A program made the translations under genes and the position numbers. Source: Fibrobacteria bacterium (GTDB taxonomy: Bacteria; Fibrobacterota; Fibrobacteria; UBA11236). From it: a DNA stretch of 64,000 nt. The stretch spans positions 104,114-168,113 of the forward strand of contig JAYTHY010000074.1 in assembly GCA_043732185.1 (NCBI GenBank), written 5' to 3'. Under the pieces are notes generated by a model. That model was not told the origin of the DNA. It was given only the letters and a program-made list of their open reading frames with translations, and did not search any database. This document shows, piece after piece, positions 39,479 to 49,519 of the stretch; position 1 is the first letter of the stretch, and each line of letters begins with the position of its first letter.

Positions 39479-40105
39479 CTACTTAATCCCCAACTGCCGC
39501 ATCTCCGCCAAAGATGAAACTGAAACATGCATATCGCGCAGTAGCCCATCGCTGATACTGTAAATCCAGCCATGCACGGTCAAGTCCTGCTGCTTGAACC
39601 AAGCCTTCTGCACCAACGTCGTGTTGCACACATTATACACCTGGGCCACTACATTCATTTCACACAAGCGATCCGTGCGCGCTTCCGGATCCGCAATGGC
39701 GTTGAGCTCCTGCTCATTGTGATAGTACAAGTCCCGCACATTGCGCAGCCAATTGTCGATCAAACCATGCGGCGAATCTTCCATGGCCGCGCGGATGCCG
39801 CCGCAGCCGTAATGACCGCAGACTATGATGTGCTTCACTTTTAATACGGCGATGGCGTATTGCATCACGGACAGACAGTTCATGTCGGTGTGGATGACCA
39901 GATTTGAAACATTGCGATGTACGAATAGTTCGCCGGGCAAAAGGCCCACGATTTCATTGGCGGGCACACGGCTATCGGAACAGCCTATCCATAGATAACT
40001 GGGCGTTTGTTGTTTGGTCAATTTCTCGAAGAATTGGGAATCCGTCTTGAGGATGTTTTTGGCCCATTCGCGGTTGTTGTCGAAAAGAGAATTGAGTTCG
40101 TCCAT
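39479..40105 (-). CDS. can: Beta-class carbonic anhydrase
   Basis: WIGCSDSRVP, FVHRNVSN, CGHYGCGG. Confidence 0.95.
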   Translation of the reverse strand: MDELNSLFDNNREWAKNILKTDSQFFEKLTKQQTPSYLWIGCSDSRVPANEIVGLLPGELFVHRNVSNLVIHTDMNCLSVMQYAIAVLKVKHIIVCGHYGCGGIRAAMEDSPHGLIDNWLRNVRDLYYHNEQELNAIADPEARTDRLCEMNVVAQVYNVCNTTLVQKAWFKQQDLTVHGWIYSISDGLLRDMHVSVSSLAEMRQLGIK

Positions 40106-40143
40106 GAATTAGAATGATAGCAAAGACTGCATGAATTAATTTT

Positions 40144-40929
40144 ATGTCCATGCAAACTATCGCCATTGAAAATCTGGTTAAAACCTATCGGAACGGTGTC
40201 AAAGCCTTGGACGGCGTTTCTTTTCAGGTCAGCCAAGGTAAAATCTTTGGCTTGCTCGGTCCCAATGGGGCGGGCAAAAGCACCACCGTACGCATCCTGA
40301 CCTCTTTAACCAAGCCCGATGGCGGCAAGGCGGAAGTCGCGGGCTGCGATGTCATGCGCGACCCGCAGCGCGTGCGCGAACGCATCGGGTATGTTGCGCA
40401 GGCATCGGGCGTGGACAAATGGGGAACGGGACGGGAGAATCTTATTTTACAGGCGCAGCTTATGCGCGTGGCTCCCGCTGCCATTGCTGGCCGGGTGGAT
40501 CAGTTGCTAGCCTGGGTGCGCCTCACTGACGTGGGTGGCCGGATTGTCAAAACCTATTCGGGTGGTATGAAGCGCCGCCTGGATTTGGCCATGGGACTTG
40601 TGAATGAACCTGCCGTCCTCTTTCTGGATGAACCCACTACCGGACTCGACCCGGAAACACGCAAGGCACTGTGGAACGATCTCATTCGCTTGCGCAAAGA
40701 GCGCAACCTAACCGTGCTTTTGACCACGCATTATCTGGAAGAGGCGGACCATCTATGCGATAGGTTGGCAATTGTCGATCATGGCAAGGTGGTGGCGGAA
40801 GGGTCTCCAGCGGCACTTAAGGCCAGTATCCGCGGTGATACCGTAACCGGAACGCCCACGCTTGACGATGTGTACATGCACTATACTGGCCATCGCATGG
40901 ATCAGGATGCCGCCGAAGGGATAAAATGA
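40144..40929 (+). CDS. ABC-2 exporter ATP-binding subunit (DrrA-like, short)
   Basis: GPNGAGKST, YSGGMKRRLD, FLDEPTTGLDP, TTHYLEEAD, TLDDVY. Confidence 0.92.
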   Translation: MSMQTIAIENLVKTYRNGVKALDGVSFQVSQGKIFGLLGPNGAGKSTTVRILTSLTKPDGGKAEVAGCDVMRDPQRVRERIGYVAQASGVDKWGTGRENLILQAQLMRVAPAAIAGRVDQLLAWVRLTDVGGRIVKTYSGGMKRRLDLAMGLVNEPAVLFLDEPTTGLDPETRKALWNDLIRLRKERNLTVLLTTHYLEEADHLCDRLAIVDHGKVVAEGSPAALKASIRGDTVTGTPTLDDVYMHYTGHRMDQDAAEGIK

Positions 40930-41699
40930 TGCCGTTCCTAACCGATTCTCTCCATCTACTCTTGCGACATATCCGCACCACTATCCGCATTCCCATTTGG
41001 GTGGCGGTCACCTTGGTACAGCCCGTCATCTGGCTCACCCTCTACGGACAGCTGTTCCGCAGGGTAGTGGAAATACCTGGATTTGGATCGGGATCCTATA
41101 TTCAATTTTTGACTCCGGGTGTTGTGGTCATGACGGCGCTGTTCGGCTCTGCCTGGTCCGGCATGGGAATCATTGAAGACTTGACGGATGGGGTCATGGA
41201 CCGGATGTTGGCCACGCCTGTCAGTCGGGCTGCTTTGATTTTCGCCCGGGTACTGCATGCCGCGCTTACGGTGGCGGCGCAGTCCTGCATCATTCTATTG
41301 TTTGGCATGCTGCTGGGGGCGAGAATCGCCGGAGGCATACCAGGATTTATGGCCATTTTGGTTTTGGGAGCTTTACTGGGATGCGGTTTTTCCGCGCTTT
41401 CCAATGGCTTGGCGTTGATCACCAGGCGGGAAGAAACCTTGATTGCCGTCATTAACTTTTTCGGGTTGCCACTGACATTTCTTTCTACGGCATTTATTGC
41501 ATCGGAATTGATGCCGGGGTGGATTCGCGGCTTATCCCGTGCCAACCCCGTGAACTGGGCCGTTGATGCGTCCCGTGATGCCATGCTTGGAAAAGATTGG
41601 GGGTACGTTTGGATCGCAGGACTGATGCTGGCGGGCTTTACCCTTGTCTCCGTGGGATTGGCAACCCAGGCATTTAGGGCTTATCGACGCGCTACTTAA
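40926..41699 (+). CDS. ABC-2 exporter permease (DrrB-like)
   Basis: Multiple TM helices, LVQP, Y..FL.PG, LATP, MPGW...NP. Confidence 0.92.
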   Translation: MMPFLTDSLHLLLRHIRTTIRIPIWVAVTLVQPVIWLTLYGQLFRRVVEIPGFGSGSYIQFLTPGVVVMTALFGSAWSGMGIIEDLTDGVMDRMLATPVSRAALIFARVLHAALTVAAQSCIILLFGMLLGARIAGGIPGFMAILVLGALLGCGFSALSNGLALITRREETLIAVINFFGLPLTFLSTAFIASELMPGWIRGLSRANPVNWAVDASRDAMLGKDWGYVWIAGLMLAGFTLVSVGLATQAFRAYRRAT

Positions 41700-43803
41700 G
41701 GGTTTGATATTCGATCTGTAGCACCCGTACTAAAAAAGCCCATTTGTCCGCCGCCTCTTCAATACTCTTGGTGATGGGTTTTCCAGCGCCATGCCCTGCT
41801 TTGGTTTCGATGCGGATTAATAAAGGCCCCGACGATGCATCGCCCGCGGCTTGCAACGCTGCCGCAAATTTGAAACTATGACTCGGCACCACGCGATCGT
41901 CGTGATCGGCCGTAGTGATGAGCACTGCCGGGTAGCGGGTACCGGGTTTTAGAGTATGCAAAGGCGAATACTTCAGCAAGGTTTTAAATGCCTCGGGATT
42001 TTCAGGACTGCCGTAATCGGACACCCATGCCCAACCGATAGTAAATAAATGGAAACGCAGCATATCCATGACGCCCACCGCTGGCAGCACAGCTGCAAAT
42101 AATTCCGGGCGCTGATTCATGCAAGCGGCTACCAGGAGGCCGCCATTGCTTCCACCGCCAATGGCCAAACGCTCCGAGCGTGTGTACTTGTTTTGTATCA
42201 GCCATTCCGCAGCTGCGATAAAGTCATCGAAACAATTTTGTTTTTGGGACTTGGCTCCGGCTTGATGCCATTCTTCTCCGTACTCGCCACCCCCGCGGAT
42301 ATTGGCCACCGCCAAGACACCGCCCAGCTCCAGCCAGGGAAGATTGGCGGTGGAAAAACTCGGGGTGAGTGAGATTCCGAACCCCCCGTAACCGTACAGA
42401 TACGTCGGGTTGTTTCCGTCCAGCTTAAGGCCCTTTTTGTGAACGAGAAAAATAGGAATGCGGGTTCCATCCTGGCTGGTCGCAAATACCTGTTCCGTTT
42501 CGAATTTGGCGACATCAAAATCCAAAGTGGGTTTGCGAAAGACGGTGCTTGTTTTAGTAGAAAAATCTAGTCGATACACAGTTGCCGGAAAAGTGAACCC
42601 CGTGAAGGTGAAAAAGGTTTCCATGTCTTCGCGCTCACCGGAAAAACCACCGACGGTTCCCAAACCCGGTATTTCCAATTCACCCAGTGAACCTCCTGTA
42701 AACGTGTAGGTGCGGATTACAGAATGGGCGTCCTTCAGGTAACCTGTCACAAATCGGTTGCCCACTACGCTCACATCCTCCAAAGTATCCGCAGACTGAG
42801 GAAGGATTTCTTGCCATCCGTCTGGATTCATGTTGTCAAATGCCATACCCACCACACGGCCACGCGGGGCGTTCCAATCCGTTAGAAACCAAAAGGTTTT
42901 TCCATCATCACCAACAGGCGTGAACTTGGCCTTAAACTCCGGCACTAGTTCGTGTACCGTTCCGTTTGGATCGCGAAGGTCCTTCCACAAAACCAAATTC
43001 ATCGGGTCTGTTCCCTTCCAAACCAGTATTAAAAGAATTGTTCCCGATTCACTGAGATCGGCAGTAAACCCCCATTCCTCTTGATCCGGACGGTGGTAGA
43101 TGATTTTATCCTGGCGCTGATCCTCTCCCAGACGATGAAAGCATAATTTCTGAAAACGATTGATATCCTCCAGTTTGTTTTGATCGCCGTCATAGCGTCC
43201 GTAATAAATTCCGGAACCGTCTTTGGCCCAGACGGGCGAGGAGAATTTAATGCGCTCTAACTTATCAGCCAGGTCTTCTCCTGTTTCAATGTTCCGTATC
43301 CGCCAGGTTTCCCAATCGGAACCGGATTGGGAAACGCCGTAGGCCAAATACTGCCCATCTTCACTCACCGAAAATACCGTAAGGGAAACGGTTCCATCCT
43401 TGGACAGCGTATTTGGATCGATTAATACGCGAGGTTCGTCATTTAAGGAGAGTAACGTGTACAGTACGCTGTGGTTCTGGAGGCCATCATTTTTGAAATA
43501 GAAATACCGCCCGCCCTTTTTGAAGGGCGCGCCGAAGCGCTCGTAATTCCAAAGTGTTTTCAATCGGTCACGAATGGAGTTTCGGGCGGGAATGGACTCC
43601 AAATATTTTAAGGTCAAACCGTTCTGCGCCTCAACCCAGGAGCGGGTTTCATCTCCGTCCAAATCTTCCAGCCAACGATAGGGATCGGCTATGGACGTCC
43701 CATGTAATACATCTACTTGATCGGATTTTCTGGAACTGGGATAAATGATGGGGTAAGCGATGGGATCAGCGAGGAAAGATGCAGGCGATAAAGGTTTTTC
43801 CAT
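41692..43803 (-). CDS. Prolyl oligopeptidase (S9A)
   Basis: DPYRWLED, YGYGGF, NIRGGGEYG, GGSNGG, DHDDRV, KAGHG. Confidence 0.96.
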   Translation of the reverse strand: MEKPLSPASFLADPIAYPIIYPSSRKSDQVDVLHGTSIADPYRWLEDLDGDETRSWVEAQNGLTLKYLESIPARNSIRDRLKTLWNYERFGAPFKKGGRYFYFKNDGLQNHSVLYTLLSLNDEPRVLIDPNTLSKDGTVSLTVFSVSEDGQYLAYGVSQSGSDWETWRIRNIETGEDLADKLERIKFSSPVWAKDGSGIYYGRYDGDQNKLEDINRFQKLCFHRLGEDQRQDKIIYHRPDQEEWGFTADLSESGTILLILVWKGTDPMNLVLWKDLRDPNGTVHELVPEFKAKFTPVGDDGKTFWFLTDWNAPRGRVVGMAFDNMNPDGWQEILPQSADTLEDVSVVGNRFVTGYLKDAHSVIRTYTFTGGSLGELEIPGLGTVGGFSGEREDMETFFTFTGFTFPATVYRLDFSTKTSTVFRKPTLDFDVAKFETEQVFATSQDGTRIPIFLVHKKGLKLDGNNPTYLYGYGGFGISLTPSFSTANLPWLELGGVLAVANIRGGGEYGEEWHQAGAKSQKQNCFDDFIAAAEWLIQNKYTRSERLAIGGGSNGGLLVAACMNQRPELFAAVLPAVGVMDMLRFHLFTIGWAWVSDYGSPENPEAFKTLLKYSPLHTLKPGTRYPAVLITTADHDDRVVPSHSFKFAAALQAAGDASSGPLLIRIETKAGHGAGKPITKSIEEAADKWAFLVRVLQIEYQTLK

Positions 43804-43849
43804 ACGACCAATATAGTCGTCCGGGACCTTCTCGCCTATGCATACCCGA

Positions 43850-45160
43850 TTAGAAATTAAAGGCAGGCATAAAATACAGGAACCAACCCGGTTGCTTAGA
43901 ATAAGCGTCGTTGGTGATTTTTGCCGCGGCCAATTTGCTGGCGGATTTGTCGGCTAAAAATAGCGCTGCCCCTAGAACAATATTAGACTTAGGGTAAAGT
44001 GCTAAATGAGCTTCCAAATTGAATTCTTGTCCATAGGGATCGTCCTGCCCTGATGGGGCAGCTTGAGGCATAAAATAATGATATTGAGGTTTTACGGTGA
44101 CGCGTGGGTTACCACTGGCATTTGGTAGAAACGCGAAATCCCCATCCAAACGAATATCCATCACGCCATACTTTGGGTTATTCACAAAATAGTCCATCCA
44201 GCCATATAGAGCATGAGCGAAATAGTAATTTGCCCGGTACGTATGGATTTTTGTATCCGTTGGATCGTCATCGCCACTCATCATGTCCAAACCCAAGTTG
44301 GCCTTATAGGTATTGATCACAATACCGGCGCGGGTGGCCAGCTGAAACGCACCGTTAGCATAGTCCACGCCCTTTTTGGACACATCACCCATTTGATAGA
44401 TGAACTCTTCTTCAAAAGCAAACATGCCAAGCTTTCCCGCTAGCCTTTCCCCAAAGTATTCCAGATCATAAGCTGCCGACGTGTCACCGGCATATACCGT
44501 ACTGGGAAGACGGCTTTGATCATAGAATCCATATCCTTCAGCGACGATGTCGGGAGTTATTTGATGCGAGTAATACAATCCGTTCAAAAGTAAACGATCG
44601 TTTTTGGCTGCCGTATTTGTGTCTCTAACCAAAAAGGACAGACCAGTCAAATTTCCCACTTCGCCAATCTTATAGTTAAAGGACACGCCGTCAAAGGATC
44701 GCGATGTAGGACTCCATTCCAGAGTGCTCAAAAACCGTCCTGCACCTAGGGTCATTTTCTGCCGTCCTAAAGCGGTTTTGAAATTTCCTTCTTCAATGGC
44801 CAAATATCCTTGTAAGAGATCCACTCCCTTTGCATTGGAGGTGCTGGCCGTCGCTGCATTGGTGCCAACTGGAGGGACTTCCGAACCCATAAATCGGACG
44901 TCTTGCATTTCAACTTTTATCTCCACTTTTTGCGATGGGACGGCTGTGAATCCCAGTCTGGTTCTTAATTGCGTGCTTAAGAATGGGTGATTGGCCAAGG
45001 TATCGCGAATGTCCTTGCTATCGAATTCAGTGCGCGTTCGGACTTGTCCGAAAAACGGCGGTTGCGGTACTGCGTACGGGGACTCGAGCGGCGCGCTCCC
45101 CCAAACAATTCCAATTGTTACGACGGATATAAAGGGGACTAACTTTCCAGCAATACGCAT
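43850..45160 (-). CDS. Alginate-export-family outer-membrane porin
   Basis: Signal peptide, QVRTRTE, QLRTRLG, LGRQ, RSFDG, SGDD, GWMDYF, GQE; terminal FNF; last gene of the nitrate ABC operon. Confidence 0.75.
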   Translation of the reverse strand: MRIAGKLVPFISVVTIGIVWGSAPLESPYAVPQPPFFGQVRTRTEFDSKDIRDTLANHPFLSTQLRTRLGFTAVPSQKVEIKVEMQDVRFMGSEVPPVGTNAATASTSNAKGVDLLQGYLAIEEGNFKTALGRQKMTLGAGRFLSTLEWSPTSRSFDGVSFNYKIGEVGNLTGLSFLVRDTNTAAKNDRLLLNGLYYSHQITPDIVAEGYGFYDQSRLPSTVYAGDTSAAYDLEYFGERLAGKLGMFAFEEEFIYQMGDVSKKGVDYANGAFQLATRAGIVINTYKANLGLDMMSGDDDPTDTKIHTYRANYYFAHALYGWMDYFVNNPKYGVMDIRLDGDFAFLPNASGNPRVTVKPQYHYFMPQAAPSGQDDPYGQEFNLEAHLALYPKSNIVLGAALFLADKSASKLAAAKITNDAYSKQPGWFLYFMPAFNF

Positions 45161-45183
45161 AATTCTCCTTAATAGTGTGATTT

Positions 45184-46032
45184 TTAAACAAGGCCTGCAT
45201 GCACGCCCGCACCGATCAGATAATGCAGCAACTCTTTGCGAAGCGCAGTATAGAGCGGCACTTCCAATAGGGACTCCCGCGCCCTTGGACGCGGAATATC
45301 TACCTGAAACATTTTGGCGATGGTCGCTTGCGGTCCGTTAGACATGAGAACAATTCGATCCGAAAGAAAAATTGCTTCATCGACATCGTGGGTGATCATC
45401 AGAACAGTTTTTCGATTGTGTTCCCAAATCGAAGTCAATTCATCCTGCATACTGCCGCGCGTCAAAGCATCCAAGGCTCCGAAGGGTTCATCCAAAAGCA
45501 GTACCTGTGGGTTCGCCGCAAAAGCTCGCGCAATCCCGACGCGCTGCTTCATGCCGCCGGAAAGTTGACCCGGTTTTTTGGCCACATGCGGCCCAAGATG
45601 CACCATATCCACATATTTTTTGGCCAGCTCCTCACGAAACTTGCGGTCCTTTTTTGGGTTTACACTGTCAACGGCCACGAGCACGTTTTCGAGTACCGTC
45701 AACCAAGGAGGGAGCGAATGGCTCTGGAAAACAACTGCCCGATCCAAACCTGGCGCAGTCACTTCCTTACCATTCACGGCCACTGTTCCTTCAGTTGGTT
45801 GGTATAAACCTGCCACCATATTGAGCAATGTGGACTTGCCACAGCCGGAATGACCGATGATGCTTACAAACTCACCCTTGGCTATCCTTAAATCCACGCC
45901 AGCCAAGGCATGGAACCGACTTTTTCCATGACCAAAATATTTATGCACTCCGGAAATATCGACGAATTTATCTTCTTTTTCCGATTGGACTTGCGACTGT
46001 TTTTCTGCATGTCTGCCTAGTGTGGATATCAT
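45184..46032 (-). CDS. Nitrate ABC transporter ATP-binding subunit (NrtD/NasD-like)
   Basis: GHSGCGKST, LSGGMKQRVGIARA, LDEPFGALDALTR, ITHDVDEA. Confidence 0.92.
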   Translation of the reverse strand: MISTLGRHAEKQSQVQSEKEDKFVDISGVHKYFGHGKSRFHALAGVDLRIAKGEFVSIIGHSGCGKSTLLNMVAGLYQPTEGTVAVNGKEVTAPGLDRAVVFQSHSLPPWLTVLENVLVAVDSVNPKKDRKFREELAKKYVDMVHLGPHVAKKPGQLSGGMKQRVGIARAFAANPQVLLLDEPFGALDALTRGSMQDELTSIWEHNRKTVLMITHDVDEAIFLSDRIVLMSNGPQATIAKMFQVDIPRPRARESLLEVPLYTALRKELLHYLIGAGVHAGLV

Positions 46033-46812
46033 TCAGGTGCCTACCGTTCCGAATAGGGACGCCAGCTTTGCCACCATTCTATCGAGTAACAGCCCCGTTA
46101 ACCCCACGTAAGTAACCGATACGATAATGTCGCTCATGCGAGACGAGTTCCAAGAATCCCAGATAAAAAATCCAATCCCTACTCCACCCGTCAACATTTC
46201 CGCCGCGACAATTGCCAACCAGGCCATGCCGATGGAAATTCTGAGGCCGGTAAAAATAAAGGGTGCGGCCGATGGCAGCATGATTTTGAAAAAATATCGA
46301 CTGCCTTTTAACTGATAGACCCTAGCGACATTTTCGTATTCAGAGGGTATGCGCATGACTCCCACCGAGGTATTGATGATAATTGGCCATAACGCGGTAA
46401 TGAAGATGACAAATATCGCCGATGGATTTGCCTGATTAAATATGGCCAAGGAAATGGGCAGCCACGCCAAGGGTGGAATCGTGCGAAGAACCTGAAAAAT
46501 GGGATCCACTGCCTTGAATGCCATGCTCGATTTTCCGATCAATATTCCCAACAAGATTCCCACGATGGCCGCAAGCGAATATCCTGCCGCCACGCGTCGC
46601 AATGAAGACAGCAACTGCCAGCCCAGACCCTTATCATTCGGTCCATTATCAAACCAAGGGTGCGCGATAATATTCCACGACTCGGTCACTGTCTTTATTG
46701 GACCTGGTAGAACAACTCCCTCGCGCTGAGAATAAATCTCCCAAAACAGACCAATAAAAAAGAGAGCTAATACCGGCAGAATATAGGTTTGAGCGGGATT
46801 CTTCGTTATCAT
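46033..46812 (-). CDS. nrtB: Nitrate ABC transporter permease
   Basis: GPNDKGLGWQ..SL.RV, LRTIPPLAWLP, AWLAIVAAEML.GG.GIGFFIWD. Confidence 0.92.
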   Translation of the reverse strand: MITKNPAQTYILPVLALFFIGLFWEIYSQREGVVLPGPIKTVTESWNIIAHPWFDNGPNDKGLGWQLLSSLRRVAAGYSLAAIVGILLGILIGKSSMAFKAVDPIFQVLRTIPPLAWLPISLAIFNQANPSAIFVIFITALWPIIINTSVGVMRIPSEYENVARVYQLKGSRYFFKIMLPSAAPFIFTGLRISIGMAWLAIVAAEMLTGGVGIGFFIWDSWNSSRMSDIIVSVTYVGLTGLLLDRMVAKLASLFGTVGT

Positions 46813-48152
46813 TTCCGCCCCGTAGCGCCTTTTTTCCCGTCGATATTTTTGATTTTAAGCTTGGCCAAATAGCCTTCTGGATCGTTTGGGTCGAATGTGA
46901 CACCATCAAAAAAGGTCTCAATACCGCGCGAATCGCTTGCTGGTATCATGGATTCCTGGCCGATCTCTTTGGCGCATTCTTTCCACAAGTCTGCGCGATT
47001 TACTTCGCCGATTACCTTATCATAATCGACTCCGTTGGGCAGGTAACCCCATCTACGCGTTTCCGCCAAAAACCACTTATCATGGCTCTTATATGGAAAT
47101 GAAGCGTGGTCGCGCCAGAATTTCATCCGTTCCCCTTCTTTTGGTTTTCTTTTTCCATCTCCATAGTCTGTGTGCCCTTGGAGACGGGGCAATAAATCTT
47201 CGACGGGACAATTGATCCAGTTTTTTTGCGATAGAATCCTGGCAAGTTCTGGTTTATTTTCATCCTTATCACACCAAATCTGGGCTTCCATTACGGCTTT
47301 AAGCAAAGCCTTGGTTGCGTTTGGATGCGCATCGCACCAATCCTTGCGCATGGCAAATGACTTTTCCGGATGGTCTTTCCAAATTTCCTGAGTCTGGATT
47401 GCCGTATAGCCGATTCGTTGATTGATAAGCTGTTGATTCCAAGGCTCACCGACGCAAAAGGCGTCCATATTGCCCACGCGCATGTTCGCTACCATTTGCG
47501 GTGGTGGAATCACTATTGTAGAGACGTCCAGATCGGGATCAATTCCCCCAGCAGCCAGCCAATAACGAATCCAGTAATTGTGCGTGCCTGTCGGAAATGT
47601 CATTGCGAAGGTGAGTGGTTTGCCCCCTCGTTTTTTCGCCATATCGATCCAGGACTTAAACAGGGAAGCGTCTTTACCAATTCCCGTCTCCTTGTATTTT
47701 TCAGCAACCGAAATGGCTTGGTTATTCAGGTTGAGACGGGCCAGCAAATAGATGGGGACGGGCTTATTGCCCTTGGTTACCAAACCCATGCTGAGCGAAT
47801 ACGCCATAGGAGTGAGCAGATGAGCGCCATCAATACCGCCTTTGTCCGATCCCAATTCCAAATTATCCCGGTTCGCTCCCCAGGACGCTTGTTTTAGAAC
47901 TTCGACATCAGGCATTCCATACTTTGCAAAAAATCCTTTTTCTTTGGCTACCGCCAATGGTGCGAAATCGGTTAATGCGATAAAACCAAGCTTGGCTTTG
48001 GTGGTTTCCGGTTTTACCGGATCGGCTGTAGCCCCCATGGATAGCCCGTTTGCCAGCATGGTTAATGCTAACGCCACGCATGCGGTTGTTGATTTTGCGT
48101 AACTCGCTTTTATGGAATTGAAATATTGGTTACTTGAGGTTACTGCTTGCAT
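46809..48152 (-). CDS. nrtA: Nitrate ABC transporter substrate-binding protein (NrtA/CmpA family)
   Basis: Signal peptide; LGFIALTD, KQASW, AMTFP.GTH, PPPQMVANM, FCVGEPW, HPEK; ATG 48152 with GGAG upstream. Confidence 0.9.
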   Translation of the reverse strand: MQAVTSSNQYFNSIKASYAKSTTACVALALTMLANGLSMGATADPVKPETTKAKLGFIALTDFAPLAVAKEKGFFAKYGMPDVEVLKQASWGANRDNLELGSDKGGIDGAHLLTPMAYSLSMGLVTKGNKPVPIYLLARLNLNNQAISVAEKYKETGIGKDASLFKSWIDMAKKRGGKPLTFAMTFPTGTHNYWIRYWLAAGGIDPDLDVSTIVIPPPQMVANMRVGNMDAFCVGEPWNQQLINQRIGYTAIQTQEIWKDHPEKSFAMRKDWCDAHPNATKALLKAVMEAQIWCDKDENKPELARILSQKNWINCPVEDLLPRLQGHTDYGDGKRKPKEGERMKFWRDHASFPYKSHDKWFLAETRRWGYLPNGVDYDKVIGEVNRADLWKECAKEIGQESMIPASDSRGIETFFDGVTFDPNDPEGYLAKLKIKNIDGKKGATGRK

Positions 48153-48363
48153 TGGGCATACTCCGTCGGCTACACTGCATGCAGCCGCTATTGGTATGTC
48201 CAAAAGCCCGGACGGACCGGAGTAAGCAAGCCCTTGTACTAAGGACTATTAGAAGCTCAAACGCCTCCGCTTATTGACTGCTGCGGTAACGGAGATGTTT
48301 TCTCCGATTTGGAAGTCCGTCCAAATTTCCGCCGCAATCAATCAGTTGGTTTTTGATACGGAC
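48153..48363 (-). promoter_or_regulatory. Long structured 5' leader of nrtA (putative attenuator/ncRNA)
   Basis: ~210 nt between the sigma54 promoter and ATG; three-way-junction-like fold, GGAGGC-loop hairpin, G-U-rich hairpin with U run; 27-nt element shared with the nirA leader. Confidence 0.6.
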
Positions 48364-48375
48364 AGTTGTAATTAA

Positions 48376-48391
48376 AGCAAAGCGCGTACCA
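48376..48391 (-). promoter_or_regulatory. Sigma54 (-24/-12) promoter of the nrtABD-porin operon
   Basis: Minus strand TGGTAC-GCGCT-TTGCT fits TGGYAC-N5-TTGCW. Confidence 0.8.
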
Positions 48392-48442
48392 AGTGAATTT
48401 GATGCGCAATGCCGCACATGATGGCTTGAGACCTTGAATGTG

Positions 48443-49519
48443 TCATCCCGATTTGGACAATAAGGAAACTGTTGGCACGATGTGTTCGGATTTGCCAGTT
48501 TGGAAATGTCTTACAGGAGAACCTCGTGTCGCAGAAACCGAATCGTAATGGAATTTTTCCAAACAAATCGATTCCACATTCAAACGCGTGCACGCCAAGG
48601 ACTCGGCATGCCCATGGCGCTGCATCTGCTCTATATACCAATGGACATGTGACCTGGATGGGAAGTGGGCTCCATCTTGATCAAATTTTCGACTTTGCAT
48701 CGTTTCCGGAATCTTGTCCAACCGTGATCTTAGCGATGCCTCCACCACCGACTTTGGTGTATTTACATATCGCTTGGAAGCGACAATCTCCGCCGCCGTT
48801 TCAATGTTGTCCGGATCCGCCAACCAATCACCTGCCATGGAAAGCGACTGAATCACCATAGCATGCTCTTGTTGGTGCGCGCCATGCCAACCCGCCCTCA
48901 CTGCCAATACTTTTTCGCCTAAACCTGGAAAAAATTCCCGACTGTCTGCCGCCAATCGGCCCAGCTTCGAGGCCATGGCGCGTCGACTCCAAGGATCACC
49001 TACGCAAAACCCGTCGATTTCGTTTTTCCTAAGCCTGCCCACCATTTCCTGCGGTGGTATAATTTTTAAGCTTATTCTTGGCCCAATTGATAAGCCGCCC
49101 ATGGCCAACCAATATCTAAGGAAATATTCTTGTGTCCCTCTCGGGAAAACCACACCCAGACAAAGGGTTCTTTTAAAGTCCGCCGATAACCAGCGGGCAA
49201 GATGTTCAGCTGTTCTTATGCCCTGATTCCACAGCGCATTGGAAAGGATAATGCCATTACCGTTGCGACTCAAGGTAAAGGCATGGCATAAGGCAGGATA
49301 GTTAGGATCTTTTTCCAATACGGATTGTATTGGAATGGTTAGGAGCAAATGTGCAGCATCCAATTGACCAGAGCCAAGATTCTCGCGAATGGCACTCCAG
49401 CTTTGGGCCTTATGCAGTTCCACCGCGATTCCGTGAGCTTCAAAAAAACCTTGCTCTTTGGCGATTGCCAGTAATGCGCAGTCTACTAAGGGAATGAAAC
49501 CGATTTGTAAGTCTGGCAT
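48443..49519 (-). CDS. Cytoplasmic NrtA-like nitrate sensor (NasS-like)
   Basis: IGFIPLVDCA, SWSAIR, AAHLL, RYWLA.GG, IPPQEMV, FCVGDPW; no signal peptide; in nitrate island. Confidence 0.75.
   Translation of the reverse strand: MPDLQIGFIPLVDCALLAIAKEQGFFEAHGIAVELHKAQSWSAIRENLGSGQLDAAHLLLTIPIQSVLEKDPNYPALCHAFTLSRNGNGIILSNALWNQGIRTAEHLARWLSADFKRTLCLGVVFPRGTQEYFLRYWLAMGGLSIGPRISLKIIPPQEMVGRLRKNEIDGFCVGDPWSRRAMASKLGRLAADSREFFPGLGEKVLAVRAGWHGAHQQEHAMVIQSLSMAGDWLADPDNIETAAEIVASKRYVNTPKSVVEASLRSRLDKIPETMQSRKFDQDGAHFPSRSHVHWYIEQMQRHGHAESLACTRLNVESICLEKFHYDSVSATRGSPVRHFQTGKSEHIVPTVSLLSKSG

Noticed and set aside
48258..48345. Glutamine (glnA-type) riboswitch in the nrtA leader
   Set aside because: Junction geometry is suggestive but the characteristic CGUU...GGAAGUA...GAA..AACG residues are not present in transcript sense.
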